DNA of 38,397 bases from a virus (IMGVR_UViG_3300049137_000165:1-38397), one strand, 5' to 3'; counted from the stretch's first letter, positions 17,118 to 26,588 are shown. The notes: generated by a model not told the origin, from the sequence alone. Numbers and translations are program-made.

Positions 17118-17157
17118 GGCATGTGAGCTTATCGCGCCTCACGGACCGTCAGATTCT

Positions 17158-17457
17158 TCACTCAGAGCGATTCTCCGGTGAAGCAGCGTCTTCGGGCTCG
17201 GCGCGCTTCCCGGTCGTCCGCCCCTCGGCGATCTGCTGGGCCCGAGCCCGGCTGACGCCCAGTTCCTTGCCGACCTCGGCGTGGCTCATCCCATCGCCGC
17301 GCATCTCCCGTACGGCGTACTGCCGGATCTCGCGCAGCCAGTGCTGTAGCTCCGGGATCGCTTGGAGGGCTGTGCTGACGTCCTTGGCGCGCTGGACGGG
17401 ATCTCCTTGTTCGGCAAGGTGCTTGAGGTTCTCGAAGGGGGGTGGTGGCGTCGTCAT
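17158..17457 (-). CDS. HTH DNA-binding protein (sigma-70 region-4-like), probably leaderless
   Basis: GMSHAEVGKELGVSRARAQQI; -10-like TACACT 6 nt before ATG on the minus strand. Confidence 0.8.
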   Translation of the reverse strand: MTTPPPPFENLKHLAEQGDPVQRAKDVSTALQAIPELQHWLREIRQYAVREMRGDGMSHAEVGKELGVSRARAQQIAEGRTTGKRAEPEDAASPENRSE

Positions 17458-17478
17458 GGACTCAGTGTAGGGGGAGGG

Positions 17479-17508
17479 TTGACATCACGTAAGGGGATCC
17501 CTTACATT
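17479..17508 (+). promoter_or_regulatory. Sigma-70/HrdB-type promoter overlapped by a palindromic operator
   Basis: TTGACA 17479-17484, 18-nt spacer, TACATT 17503-17508; IR GTAAGGG-gat-CCCTTAC 17489-17505. Confidence 0.75.
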
Positions 17509-17513
17509 CGAGG

Positions 17514-17901
17514 TGTCGGGGCAACCCGGCAACAACTCCACAGAGGGCGAAGCGGAACCCGGGCGGTGTGTCGAAAGGCGCACCACACACAGTGGCCAAC
17601 CCGGGGTGAGCGCGATCATAAGGCTCTGTCGTCGACCGTGGACTGTTCGGTCATCTTGGGAAAGTTCCCCGGCGGCAAAGATCTTCAAGTGAAGGTTCGG
17701 TCCGTTCCGATCCCGCTGAGAAAGTTGCTTCGCTCTCTGTGGGGTCCGACAACTCCACAGAGAGCAGACCTCCCGTGAGTGCTGGCTTCACGGGCGTAAC
17801 CATGGGACAGGCGGCGCTGAAGAGGGCGCGGAGAGCACCCGACGGATTAAATCCCCTCGAAGACAACGCATTACCCGCCATGGCAGTTCTGCTCTCTGTG
17901 G
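17514..17901 (+). ncRNA. Putative structured ncRNA: 5' GNRA hairpin plus two tandem modules each closed by a related long stem
   Basis: 21-bp stem 17535-17555 / 17725-17745 (4 G-U); 14-bp stem 17755-17768 / 17888-17901; repeat ACAACTCCACAGAG at 17532 and 17749; GCAA and GAAA tetraloops; begins just after the promoter; no credible ORF. Confidence 0.7.
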
Positions 17902-17929
17902 TCCCAAAGAGACCAGTCAGGAGGATCCG

Positions 17930-18250
17930 ATGCCGCGCATGAGCAAGGAAGAGGAAGACCTCCTGTCGATCGAGCAGTTCGGCTCGGACGTCCAGGGTGT
18001 GTACGACCGCTTCTCCACCGCACTGGACGCGCAAGGCGTTCCCCACCGCTACTACGGCTTCAACAACGGCGGCTCGGCCACGGACAAGCAGAAGAACTTC
18101 CTGCGCTCGCTCCTGCGCAAGCACGCCGGCACCGAGACGGCTGAGGCCATCCGGAACTACTTCAACTGCCGCCGCGTGACCCACGAACCGATCAGCTTCG
18201 GCGAAGTCTCCGACTCCATCCAGGCGCTCAAGAACCTCAAGGAGGACTGA
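17930..18250 (+). CDS. Small protein with ATxKQ...S..E.S..I..L helical motif (DUF3072-like)
   Basis: AGGAGG RBS; ATDKQKNFLRSLL...ISFGEVSDSIQALK; strong codon bias. Confidence 0.75.
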   Translation: MPRMSKEEEDLLSIEQFGSDVQGVYDRFSTALDAQGVPHRYYGFNNGGSATDKQKNFLRSLLRKHAGTETAEAIRNYFNCRRVTHEPISFGEVSDSIQALKNLKED

Positions 18251-18286
18251 CCGTCATCGTACGTACGCGCGACCACGGCCGCCGGA

Positions 18287-19723
18287 TCAGGTCCAGGTAC
18301 CGGGCGAACCCGCTGTCGTGCACAAGTGCCAGGCCCCGGCGGAGTCCAGGACCACATCACCCGCCGCCCACGCGCCCGTCGTCGGTGCGCCCGCCGTAGC
18401 CTTGAACCCGGCCAGGCGGATATTCGTCAGGCCGTTCTTCTTGCCCAGCCCGGCAACGCCGGTGGTGGCGTCCAGGTCGTGGATGTTGTCGTACGGGCTG
18501 GTGCCGATCTGTACGCGGCCGATCAGGTGCGGGCCCGCCGCCTCCCACCGCATCAACGCCTTCTGCGTGCCTGTGAAATCGGCGTTGGCCCAGTGGGAGA
18601 CGATGCAGTCCAGTCCTGCAACCTCAAGGTCCAGGCCGCCGCCGGTGGTGCGGAACCGGTACGCGCCGAGGCTTCCCGGGGTGTCCCGGCTGACGGTCAG
18701 GTTGTCGCCGACGACGTTGACCGGGCCGGTGGAGTTGACGCCGTTCAGCCATGCGGTGCCCTGCTCGATCGCTGCCACCCGGGTCAGGCAGTCGTTGAGG
18801 AAGACGTCAATGTTGGACACGATGGTGATGGTGGCGAACTGGCCGGTCGCCCAGGCGCGGTCGCCGTGCGGATCGGTCGCTCCGGAGTGGTCGGTGACCT
18901 TGCTGGTGGCGCCTGCGGTCGTCTCCAGGGCGGTGGTGTCCGGGATGCCGTGGACGTCGGTGGTGTCGGCCGCGTGCGCGGTGACGGCCGTCGTGGCGGT
19001 GCCTGCTGGGTCGGCGCCGATCGTGGCCGGGGTGATCGGGTCTGTGCCGCCGGTGGCGTGGGAGGCGGCGTGCGCGGTGGGTGTGCGCGGGTTGGTGGTG
19101 GTCGGGTCGGTGGAGCGCAGCGCGATATCCGCGCCCGCACCGGCAGAGCCGAGTTCGGGCTGCGGTCCCTCGGGTCCGGTGGCGCCCTGCGGGCCGACCA
19201 GCGACGCCAACCACTGCGCCTCGCTGCCGACGAACCCCTCCGTGACGGCGACCTCGTAGGCGCTGTCCCCGTCCTCGCCATCCTCACCATCCTGGCCGTC
19301 CGGTCCCGCGGCCCCCGCCGGGCCCGTGGGACCGGTGGCGCCCTGCGGGCCCGGCAGATAGACGACAGTTCCGCCGCCAGTGATGGTGTCCGTCAGGTCG
19401 GCGCGGATCTCCCCAGCCCAGTACGGTCCCCCGGTCGCCGGCACCACCACGTAGGTGTTGATCGGTGTGCCGTCCTTCGCGCGGCCCTCCTGGATCGCCC
19501 ACAGCGTGTCCCCCGCATCGGACTCGATGAGCGAGTTCGCGGTCAGCACGGCCGACCAGTCCCCGTCGCTGTCGGGGGTGATGGGGACGGGGCGTACCAG
19601 CTCGCCGGGCACGCTGGCCACGTAGCCGACCGCGTCCTTGCCGGTGACGTCGACCAGGAAGGCCTTCATCTCCACCCGCTGCGGACTCGCCGCCCCGATC
19701 AACTTCCCGGTCACCGTGGTCAT
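18287..19723 (-). CDS. Tail fibre / minor structural protein with collagen-like repeats
   Basis: Gly-X-Y runs, GDSAYEVAV..GFVGSEAQWLASLVGPQG, HAASHATGGTDP and DPHG motifs; AGGAG RBS. Confidence 0.75.
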   Translation of the reverse strand: MTTVTGKLIGAASPQRVEMKAFLVDVTGKDAVGYVASVPGELVRPVPITPDSDGDWSAVLTANSLIESDAGDTLWAIQEGRAKDGTPINTYVVVPATGGPYWAGEIRADLTDTITGGGTVVYLPGPQGATGPTGPAGAAGPDGQDGEDGEDGDSAYEVAVTEGFVGSEAQWLASLVGPQGATGPEGPQPELGSAGAGADIALRSTDPTTTNPRTPTAHAASHATGGTDPITPATIGADPAGTATTAVTAHAADTTDVHGIPDTTALETTAGATSKVTDHSGATDPHGDRAWATGQFATITIVSNIDVFLNDCLTRVAAIEQGTAWLNGVNSTGPVNVVGDNLTVSRDTPGSLGAYRFRTTGGGLDLEVAGLDCIVSHWANADFTGTQKALMRWEAAGPHLIGRVQIGTSPYDNIHDLDATTGVAGLGKKNGLTNIRLAGFKATAGAPTTGAWAAGDVVLDSAGAWHLCTTAGSPGTWT

Positions 19724-19732
19724 CACGTACTC

Positions 19733-20428
19733 CTAGTCGCGGCGGCGGTCGCCAAGCAGGCCGAGCGGGAGCAGCCCCGACTCGGTGTCGCTGGGGGAAG
19801 GCTCCTGACTCGGCGTGGGCGTGGCGCTGGGTTCCGGGTCAGGGCTGGCAGTGCTGGTCTGGGTGCACCGGTAGCGGGGATTGTCCGGGTCGAAGTCCTC
19901 GACCGGCGTGCAGCGGTAGGTGTTGCCGTCCTGGTCGGTGTACGTCCACTCCGAGGGCGGGGAGCCGTCTTCTCCGTCCGTGCCGTCTGTGCCGTCCTGG
20001 CCGGGCGCGCCGGTGGCGTCCTGCCCGGCTGGCCCGGTCGCCCCAACGGGGCCCGGGACAGTGGAGTCGGCGCCCGGCTGTCCCGATGGACCGGCAGGAC
20101 CGGGCGGACCAGCACTGGGGGTGATCGTGGGAGCGGCCTTGCCCGGCGCCCCGGAAGGTCCGGGCGGACCAGACGGCCCGATCAACCCGGCGGCACCGGC
20201 CTCCCCCTGAGGGCCGGCGACCGGGGTGCCGCCCATGTTCTCGACTTGCTGAGTCAGCAGAGCGACATCGCGGCGGGAATCCGCCAGCTCCCTGGACATG
20301 ATCAGGAAGCCCGTGACCACAGCGGCCAACACGCCGGCGGCGAGGACGATCGCCGCGGCAGCGTTCAGGTTGCCGCGGCGACGCTGCTTGCGTGCTTCCA
20401 CCCGGCTGCCAGGCCTCGGGGGGGTCAC
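19733..20428 (-). CDS. Membrane-anchored collagen-like protein
   Basis: N-terminal TM, short coiled coil, Gly-X-Y repeats, YRCT...YRCT; GTGA-coupled. Confidence 0.75.
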   Translation of the reverse strand: MTPPRPGSRVEARKQRRRGNLNAAAAIVLAAGVLAAVVTGFLIMSRELADSRRDVALLTQQVENMGGTPVAGPQGEAGAAGLIGPSGPPGPSGAPGKAAPTITPSAGPPGPAGPSGQPGADSTVPGPVGATGPAGQDATGAPGQDGTDGTDGEDGSPPSEWTYTDQDGNTYRCTPVEDFDPDNPRYRCTQTSTASPDPEPSATPTPSQEPSPSDTESGLLPLGLLGDRRRD

Positions 20429-20769
20429 GTTTTGCCTCCTGCCATGAAGAGGATGACGGGGACGAGAATGCCGAGCAGGGAGATGAACGCTCCGACCAGC
20501 CAGCGCCGGGTCTGAGTGACCTTGTCGGCGTCCTCATTGCGCTGCTGTTGGATGGCTGCCACGTCCCGCTCCTGCTTAGCGGACAGTTGCTGCACTGTCT
20601 TCTCGAGGTCCGTGATGTCCTTGACCAGCGCCGCCTTCTCAACGGCGTAGACATCGATCGACACCAGCCGGTCCAGGCGGGTGTTGATCTGGGCGTAGTC
20701 GTCACGGACGTCATCCCGCAGTGCCCGGATGAGTCGCCCCAGTTCGCCCAGAGACGGCTCATCGTTCAC
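20425..20769 (-). CDS. Coiled-coil protein with C-terminal TM helix (lysis-cassette membrane protein)
   Basis: Heptad pattern, then WLVGAFISLLGILVPVILF; GGAG RBS. Confidence 0.75.
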   Translation of the reverse strand: MNDEPSLGELGRLIRALRDDVRDDYAQINTRLDRLVSIDVYAVEKAALVKDITDLEKTVQQLSAKQERDVAAIQQQRNEDADKVTQTRRWLVGAFISLLGILVPVILFMAGGKT

Positions 20770-20803
20770 GTTGTGCTCCGGTGGGGGGGTGTTAACGGGA
20801 CAG

Positions 20804-21187
20804 TCACGCCACGGCGGGCGGCTGCTTGACCGGGCTGGACTGTTCGATGCGCAGGGCAGTGATCGGTGCAGTCACCTGCGGGCGGACGATGAACAGAGCG
20901 ACCAGGCCCTCGATGGCGAACATCCACTGCGCCTGCTGCTCGGCGCTCATGTTCAGCCCGAAAGCCAGGTAGAGGGCGATCGCTGCGTGCCCGAGGTTGA
21001 CGAGCGCGGCGAACGCGGCGCCGGTCTTCAGGATGAACGCCTCAGCGACGGCTACGACGCAGGACAGGAACACCATCACGGCGGCCTGAAGTTCGGCGGA
21101 CACGTCCAGACCGTAGGCGGAGCCGAGCTTGAGTGCGACAGCGATGAACGCCAGGATCGTCACCGGCTCGCGACCGAAGATCTTCAC
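20804..21187 (-). CDS. Putative holin
   Basis: Four hydrophobic segments, REPV start, RPQVT end; directly after the endolysin. Confidence 0.75.
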   Translation of the reverse strand: MKIFGREPVTILAFIAVALKLGSAYGLDVSAELQAAVMVFLSCVVAVAEAFILKTGAAFAALVNLGHAAIALYLAFGLNMSAEQQAQWMFAIEGLVALFIVRPQVTAPITALRIEQSSPVKQPPAVA

Positions 21188-21219
21188 GGGTTTCTCCTAG
21201 GTGGAAGGGTGTGGCGGGG

Positions 21220-22320
21220 TCAGGCGACGACGTCGAAGCCGTACGCGGCGCCGAGTCGCTGGAGGGAGTCGCGGCCGGGGACGCCGTCGGCGGCCTTGCC
21301 GGTGTAGCTGCCGCCCGCCTTGGAGCGCTGCCACTTGGCGTACGCCTCAAGCGTGGACGTGCCGTAGTGCCCGTCGGAGAACTTCTTGGCCAGCAGACCC
21401 GCGTCCACCAGGGCCGTCTCCACGGTCTTCACGCCGCTGTAGGTGACCGGTGCTCCCTTGGCGGACGGGTTGGACTTGGCCGCCGCGACCAGCTTGGACA
21501 GGTCCACCGTCGGCTTCTTCGGCGTCGGCAGGGGCGTGGCCTTGGGGACGACGAGTTCCTGACCGGGGTAGATCTCGTTCGGGTCCTTCAGTCGGTCCCT
21601 GTTCGCATTGAACAAGGCCGGCGCGGTGACACCGTGGGCCTTGGCGATGCCGCTCAGGGTGTCACCGGGCTTCACCGTGTACGTGCCGCCGCCGGTGGAC
21701 GGGGGCGGGGTGGGCTTGCTCGGCGCGCCGGCGAGGCGGGCCCGGATGCGGGTTCGCATCGAATCCATGGTGAAGCCGCGCGGGTCGACCTTCCCGGGCT
21801 GCCACTCCAGGTGCCCGATGACGGAGCGCTCCGACCAGCCGTGGTGACGGCAGAGGGCAGCCGACACCCGCTCGATCGCCTCCAGTTGGGCGGCGGGCCA
21901 CGGGTCCTTGCCGTCGCCCATGTTTTCGCACTCGAAGCCGTAGAAGTGCCGGTTGCCGTCGGTGCTGGCCTCGTTGTCGGCGGGCAGTGTGCTCTCGTTG
22001 ATGACGGCGCGCAGTACGTCGTCGTCGCCGAGGCCGGCGTGGTTGGCGCGGCCGTAGCCGACGAGGTGGACCTTGCCGTCCTTGGCGATGACGCCGTGGC
22101 ACAGCGGGCCGGGCAGGGCGGAGTGGCCCTTGCGGCACAGCTCCACCGTGTTCGCGGTGCCCTTGGTGACGGTGTGATGGATCATCACACCGTGCAGCGG
22201 GCCCCACGGCCCCTTGCTGTTGCGGTTGTGGGTCTCCCAGTTTCCGACTTCGACGACGGTGACGCCCTCGGCGCGCAGCAGCGCGGCGAATCTGGAGGCG
22301 GATGGGGGCGAGGTGGACAT
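21220..22320 (-). CDS. Endolysin: N-acetylmuramoyl-L-alanine amidase + LysM + PG-binding domain
   Basis: GVMIHHT, ANHAG, GFECEN, VIGHLEW..GKVDP; LysM YTVKPGDTLSGIA...IYPGQEL; C-terminal DGHYG...ADGVPG. Confidence 0.92.
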   Translation of the reverse strand: MSTSPPSASRFAALLRAEGVTVVEVGNWETHNRNSKGPWGPLHGVMIHHTVTKGTANTVELCRKGHSALPGPLCHGVIAKDGKVHLVGYGRANHAGLGDDDVLRAVINESTLPADNEASTDGNRHFYGFECENMGDGKDPWPAAQLEAIERVSAALCRHHGWSERSVIGHLEWQPGKVDPRGFTMDSMRTRIRARLAGAPSKPTPPPSTGGGTYTVKPGDTLSGIAKAHGVTAPALFNANRDRLKDPNEIYPGQELVVPKATPLPTPKKPTVDLSKLVAAAKSNPSAKGAPVTYSGVKTVETALVDAGLLAKKFSDGHYGTSTLEAYAKWQRSKAGGSYTGKAADGVPGRDSLQRLGAAYGFDVVA

Positions 22321-22322
22321 GC

Positions 22323-22694
22323 TCAGGACTCCTCAGGGAAGGGGGTGACGCGTGGAACCTGGAGGCGTTCCCAGGCGGTCTCGTCAGGGATGCCGGACAC
22401 GTCGCCGGATCCCTTGGGGCGGAGCTGGCGCTGCCAGGCGGCGAACGCCGCCTTGTGGGCGTTGGTCCAGTCCGGGCCCAGGTAGCGGCCGTCGCCGCAG
22501 CCCTCCGCCTCGAGGCGGCGGGCCATCGCGGTGACGATGTCGGAGTGGCGGCCACCGTGGAAGAACGTGGCCCCCGGGTACGGCTCGTACCGGGCTGCGG
22601 TGTCCTCAGGGGCGGCGGATTCGGCTACTGCCTCCACGGACGGCGCGGGAGCGGTCTTCTCGGTGTCATCCGGCTGGTTCTTGGCGGGGGTCAT
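22323..22694 (-). CDS. Stand-alone peptidoglycan-binding domain protein
   Basis: PYPGATFF...IVTAMARRL...AFAAWQ...GIPDETAWERLQVP. Confidence 0.75.
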   Translation of the reverse strand: MTPAKNQPDDTEKTAPAPSVEAVAESAAPEDTAARYEPYPGATFFHGGRHSDIVTAMARRLEAEGCGDGRYLGPDWTNAHKAAFAAWQRQLRPKGSGDVSGIPDETAWERLQVPRVTPFPEES

Positions 22695-23509
22695 CGAGCG
22701 GTGTCCAATCGTGGTTGCACGAGGTCCACCTCGTGTCGGAGGGCGCGGTACGTCCGTACGGTCATCCGGCCTTGGCCCTGGTCACCCCAGCTGGCCGACC
22801 AGCTTTGGACGAAGCGCAGGACGGTGGAGTCGGACAGGGTTCCGTCGGGGTTGGTGGTGACGTCCTCGAGGGCGGTGATGCACACCTCGTGGCCGCCCTC
22901 GATGGGCGAGCTGGCCCACATCGGGTCGGCGTCGACGAACCCGTACGGTCCCGGGGTGCTGAACGCGCTGAGCCACGGCAGGCCCATCAGCACGGGGCCG
23001 GTCTGGAGAAGCTGGCCGAGTTCTTCGGCGGTGGTGGCGTGCCCGTACTGGTCGATGAGGCCGCGGGCGCGCAGGGCCTTGGCGACGCCGAGCCCGGAGG
23101 CTCCGCAGTCGCTGGCCGGCCACGTCTGCTGGTGCCATTGGTCGCGGTGGGTGGCGTCGGAGTACAGGCCGATCGCCCACCGCTGGCAGGCGGCGGGGTC
23201 GGTGGCGTCCAGGCCGACCGCGCCGAGCGTAGGCGCGTCGTGGAGGACGGAGACCAGGGCGGTGGCGGCGTTGCCAGTGCAGGAGGCGAGGGCGTGCACG
23301 TCGTCGACGCCCTCGAACAGGCTGCTGGTGCGGATGCCCTGGGAGATGAGGTCCTGCTGGTTCAGGACCGGGATCTTCGGTGCCCATTCCACGGGGTGGA
23401 CCGGGTCACCGGTGTAGGGGCGGCGGTAGGCGAGGCTGCGCGGATCCAGCACGAGGTGCCTGCCCAGGGCAGGGGTGACCTCGTACGTATGGATCGTCAA
23501 TTCGGGCAC
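22691..23509 (-). CDS. Papain-like (C1A) cysteine protease
   Basis: NQ...SCTGNA (Cys), GPVLMGLPW, GGHEV (His), QSWSASWGDQG; AGGAG RBS. Confidence 0.8.
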   Translation of the reverse strand: MPELTIHTYEVTPALGRHLVLDPRSLAYRRPYTGDPVHPVEWAPKIPVLNQQDLISQGIRTSSLFEGVDDVHALASCTGNAATALVSVLHDAPTLGAVGLDATDPAACQRWAIGLYSDATHRDQWHQQTWPASDCGASGLGVAKALRARGLIDQYGHATTAEELGQLLQTGPVLMGLPWLSAFSTPGPYGFVDADPMWASSPIEGGHEVCITALEDVTTNPDGTLSDSTVLRFVQSWSASWGDQGQGRMTVRTYRALRHEVDLVQPRLDTAR

Positions 23510-23661
23510 TCGCCCGTGCTCCTGAACTCCCCGCGCCCAGAGCGTGCATGGTGGCGGACCACATCGTGGTCGTCCCTCGGGAGATGGAGACCGGGCGGAG
23601 GGTCGCCCTGTGTGATCAGGCTACGGCTTGTGAGGACGCGTGTTCCCCCGGGCCGGTTCGG

Positions 23662-23886
23662 TCAGTTGGGGAGCGGCGGGAGCTGGGTGACCGGGAATGT
23701 CTGCTCTCGCCGCTCAGCGGTTGTGGCCACGACGTCTGTGACGTTGTCGAGCAGCCATTGCTGGATGACCTGAGTGAGCGCTGCTTCGTCGACCGGGAAG
23801 AACTCGGAGAAGACGTGCACGTCCACGAAGACCTTGTGGTCTTCGGTGTTGGTCAGCCCTTCGACCCTGTTGTACGGGTAGTCCAT
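23662..23886 (-). CDS. Hypothetical protein (74 aa), possibly tail-fibre associated
   Basis: ATG 2 nt after the tail fibre stop; globular composition. Confidence 0.6.
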   Translation of the reverse strand: MDYPYNRVEGLTNTEDHKVFVDVHVFSEFFPVDEAALTQVIQQWLLDNVTDVVATTAERREQTFPVTQLPPLPN

Positions 23887-23888
23887 GA

Positions 23889-26588
23889 TCAGGCTACTTT
23901 CTCGAGTCGCAGATGCGAGTCGGTGTAGAGGGTGGTTGCGGTCGCGTTGCTGGTTCCTTGTGCCCAGGCCAGTGCGATGTTCCCGGCGGTGCCGCCAACT
24001 CGGAACAGGGCGCGTACCTGGACGCCGAAGACGCTGGTGGAGATGCCTCCGTAGGTCCGGCTGATGGTGATGTCGCTGGTCTCGGTACGCACCATGTAGC
24101 CGAACGTGCCGGAGGTGTCGGTCTGGATGGCGCCGGAGGCGTAGCCGATCACGGTGGTTCCGTTTCCGATGCCCTGCCACTCCCCCAGCGTTCCGGAGGG
24201 GAAGGTCCATCCCATCTGGAAGTCACCGGGGCCGCTGTACTTCAGCAAGCCGTCCAGCATGTACACGCCGTTGGCGTCGACGGGGAAGGTGATCTGGGTG
24301 TCGGCGGCGATGGTGGTGTTACTGGTTTTGGTGGCGTCCGATGTGCGGCGTTTGGTCTGCCGCTGACCGATGCCAGATACGGTCAGATTGCCAGCGACGG
24401 TGGCGTTGCCGTCCTTGTCGACGAGGAACTTGTCGACGCCGTTCAGTTGGAGGCGCTGGAGCAGTCCGGTGTGTCCGGTCTCGGCGTTGACCAGCAGCCC
24501 GCTGCTGCTTGAGGGGGGCACGGTGACCGCCATACGGCCCTTGTACAGATGGGCGAAGCCTTCGGTGAGGAACCAGCTGGTGTCGTTCGCGGAGTCGGTG
24601 GTGTCCTGGTATCCGATGGCCGCGTTGGTGGCGGAGAGGATGACGCGGCCGCCGGTGTTGGTGGTAGAGGCGCCGTCGCGGATCCGTTCGGCGACCCAGA
24701 AGTCGTTGCCGAAATAGGTGCGCCATTTCCAGTCCAGGCTGCTGACGGTGAACTTGCCGGAGTTCAGGCCGAGGTCAGCGGCGCCGGCGGTTCCGTCGGA
24801 GACGTTGATGACCGCCTGGTTGGTCTGGTCGGCGTTGGTCAGGGTGATGTTGGGGTAGGTGGCGTTGGGATCGAGGACCATTGCGGCGCCGCTGGATCCG
24901 AGCAGCCCCAGGCCGAGCGCGGACAGCTCGGCAACGACGCGGGTCGCGTCGTACACCTCGATCTTGTTCTCGTCGTCCTCGTTGAGAACGATGCGTTCGC
25001 CGCTGGTGTCGGTCTGGATCAGCGCGCCCGTGATGGTGCCGCCGCTGATGGCCTTGCCGGTGATGGCGTCCGCGGCGATCGCGGTGGCGTCGACGGCGCC
25101 GGCCGCGAGCTTCCCGACGGTGATGGCGTTCGCTGCGATCTTGTCGCCTGTGATGGTCAGCGCGGCTATCTTCGCGGCGGTCACGGCCTCCGCGGCGAGT
25201 TTGTCGGTGAGGACGGCGCCGGCGGCGATCTGCCCGGCAAGGATCGACGCGGCCACGATTTTCGTGGTGGTGATGGCGCCGTCCTGGATCTGCGTCCCGG
25301 CGAGCACCGGGCGGACGACGGAGTTGTCGAACCACACGCTGCCGGCTTGGGCCTGGTAGGACTCCACCCAGATCGTGGCCTGCACCGTGTTCGCGGGCGC
25401 GGTGACGGTGTTGGTGATGCGGGACCAGGTGCTGCCGCCGATGGTGGGCGGGGAGGCCTGCGCCACCCCGTAGCTGAGGACCGCGCCCGCGGAGTCTTCC
25501 CAGCGGGCGTACATCTTCACCGCGGCGGTGGCGGTGTAGTCGCTGGACGTGAGGTAGTCGGTGGCGATGTACAACTGGTCGGCGGGCAGGATCGGCACCG
25601 TCGTGATCTTCATGGAGCGGCTGGTCGGTGACCCGGCAACCGCGTTCACCTTCAGCGACTTGGCGGAGCCGTTGCCGGTGGCGTCTTGTGTCCAGGAGGC
25701 GCTGCCGGACACCAGGGCGGCCGTGTAGGCGCCCTCGTAGGACGGGTCGGACAGCAGGTTGGCGCCGCCGGTCACGGTCAGCTTTTCGGTGGTGATGGCG
25801 CCGGCGGCGACCTTCGCGGCGGTGACAGCCCCGGCGAGGATCTTGTCTGCGGTGACGGCGTTCGCTGCCAGTTTGGCCGTGGACACGGCCTCCGAGGCGA
25901 TGGCCGCGCCGGTCACGGCGTTGTCAGCGAGCTTGCCGACAGCGACGGCCGCCTCGGCCAGGTTCTCGGTCAGGACGGCCCCGTCCTGGAGGGCTACCGT
26001 ACCGACCGCGTTCGCCGCGATCTTCGCCTCGGTGACGGCTCCCGCGGCCAGCTTGGTCTCGGTGACGATGCCGTCCAGGATGTCGTCCGCGACCACCGGG
26101 GTCGGCCCGTACGGTCCCACAATCGCGGACGCCGTGGACGCGGTGCCGGAGGTGTTGCGGGCCAGCAGACGCACATAGACCGCGGTGTCGCACGGCACGA
26201 CCACGGTGGCGCCCTGGGCGGTCTCGATGGTGCCCTGGAGGGTGGCCGACATCGGATCGTAGGGGGTGACGATGGAGGCGTGGACCTCCACCCGCGCCCA
26301 GTCCAGCGGCAGCACCGATCCATCGGCGAACAGGCCGTCCCAGGACACGGTTACGCCACCGAGGACGGAGGCGACGATCGGCGCGGACGGCTGAGGCGGC
26401 GGCGGCCCGTTCACGACGTTCACCGCGGTGGTTCCGTCGGCCTGCATGCCGAGCAGGCCGCGCAGGCCGCCCGCGCTGTCACGGACCTCCACCGAGGTGT
26501 CGTCGATCGCCGCGTGCGCCAGGCGTGGGGAGCGTTCCACCCGGGTGAGCCGGTTGTCGAGGTTCTGGAGCTTGCGGCCGATGTCCAC
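23889..26588 (-). CDS. Tail fibre / central tail spike (899 aa)
   Basis: FN3-like region, 10-aa AVTxxKI/LAA repeats, CBM-like NLLSDPSYE...VWFDN domain; GTG overlaps the upstream TAG. Confidence 0.85.
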   Translation of the reverse strand: MDIGRKLQNLDNRLTRVERSPRLAHAAIDDTSVEVRDSAGGLRGLLGMQADGTTAVNVVNGPPPPQPSAPIVASVLGGVTVSWDGLFADGSVLPLDWARVEVHASIVTPYDPMSATLQGTIETAQGATVVVPCDTAVYVRLLARNTSGTASTASAIVGPYGPTPVVADDILDGIVTETKLAAGAVTEAKIAANAVGTVALQDGAVLTENLAEAAVAVGKLADNAVTGAAIASEAVSTAKLAANAVTADKILAGAVTAAKVAAGAITTEKLTVTGGANLLSDPSYEGAYTAALVSGSASWTQDATGNGSAKSLKVNAVAGSPTSRSMKITTVPILPADQLYIATDYLTSSDYTATAAVKMYARWEDSAGAVLSYGVAQASPPTIGGSTWSRITNTVTAPANTVQATIWVESYQAQAGSVWFDNSVVRPVLAGTQIQDGAITTTKIVAASILAGQIAAGAVLTDKLAAEAVTAAKIAALTITGDKIAANAITVGKLAAGAVDATAIAADAITGKAISGGTITGALIQTDTSGERIVLNEDDENKIEVYDATRVVAELSALGLGLLGSSGAAMVLDPNATYPNITLTNADQTNQAVINVSDGTAGAADLGLNSGKFTVSSLDWKWRTYFGNDFWVAERIRDGASTTNTGGRVILSATNAAIGYQDTTDSANDTSWFLTEGFAHLYKGRMAVTVPPSSSSGLLVNAETGHTGLLQRLQLNGVDKFLVDKDGNATVAGNLTVSGIGQRQTKRRTSDATKTSNTTIAADTQITFPVDANGVYMLDGLLKYSGPGDFQMGWTFPSGTLGEWQGIGNGTTVIGYASGAIQTDTSGTFGYMVRTETSDITISRTYGGISTSVFGVQVRALFRVGGTAGNIALAWAQGTSNATATTLYTDSHLRLEKVA

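Noticed and set aside
17560-17571. CGGGCGGTGTGT is antisense to the conserved 16S rRNA 1400 region
   Set aside because: Only 12 nt, GC-rich, and mostly sequestered in a local GAAA hairpin; compatible with chance
17811-17880. Hammerhead-like core in RNA module 2 (CTGAAGA followed by a stem and GAC or GAAG)
   Set aside because: Required GAAA is absent, and stems I and III cannot both form convincingly in either register
17532-17901. CRISPR-like array reading of the ACAACTCCACAGAG repeats
   Set aside because: Only two direct copies, spacers are 120-170 nt and structured, and there are no cas genes
25060-26075. 30-bp periodic repeats in the tail fibre gene as a DNA repeat array
   Set aside because: Explained by the 10-aa AVTxxKI protein repeat; degenerate at synonymous sites
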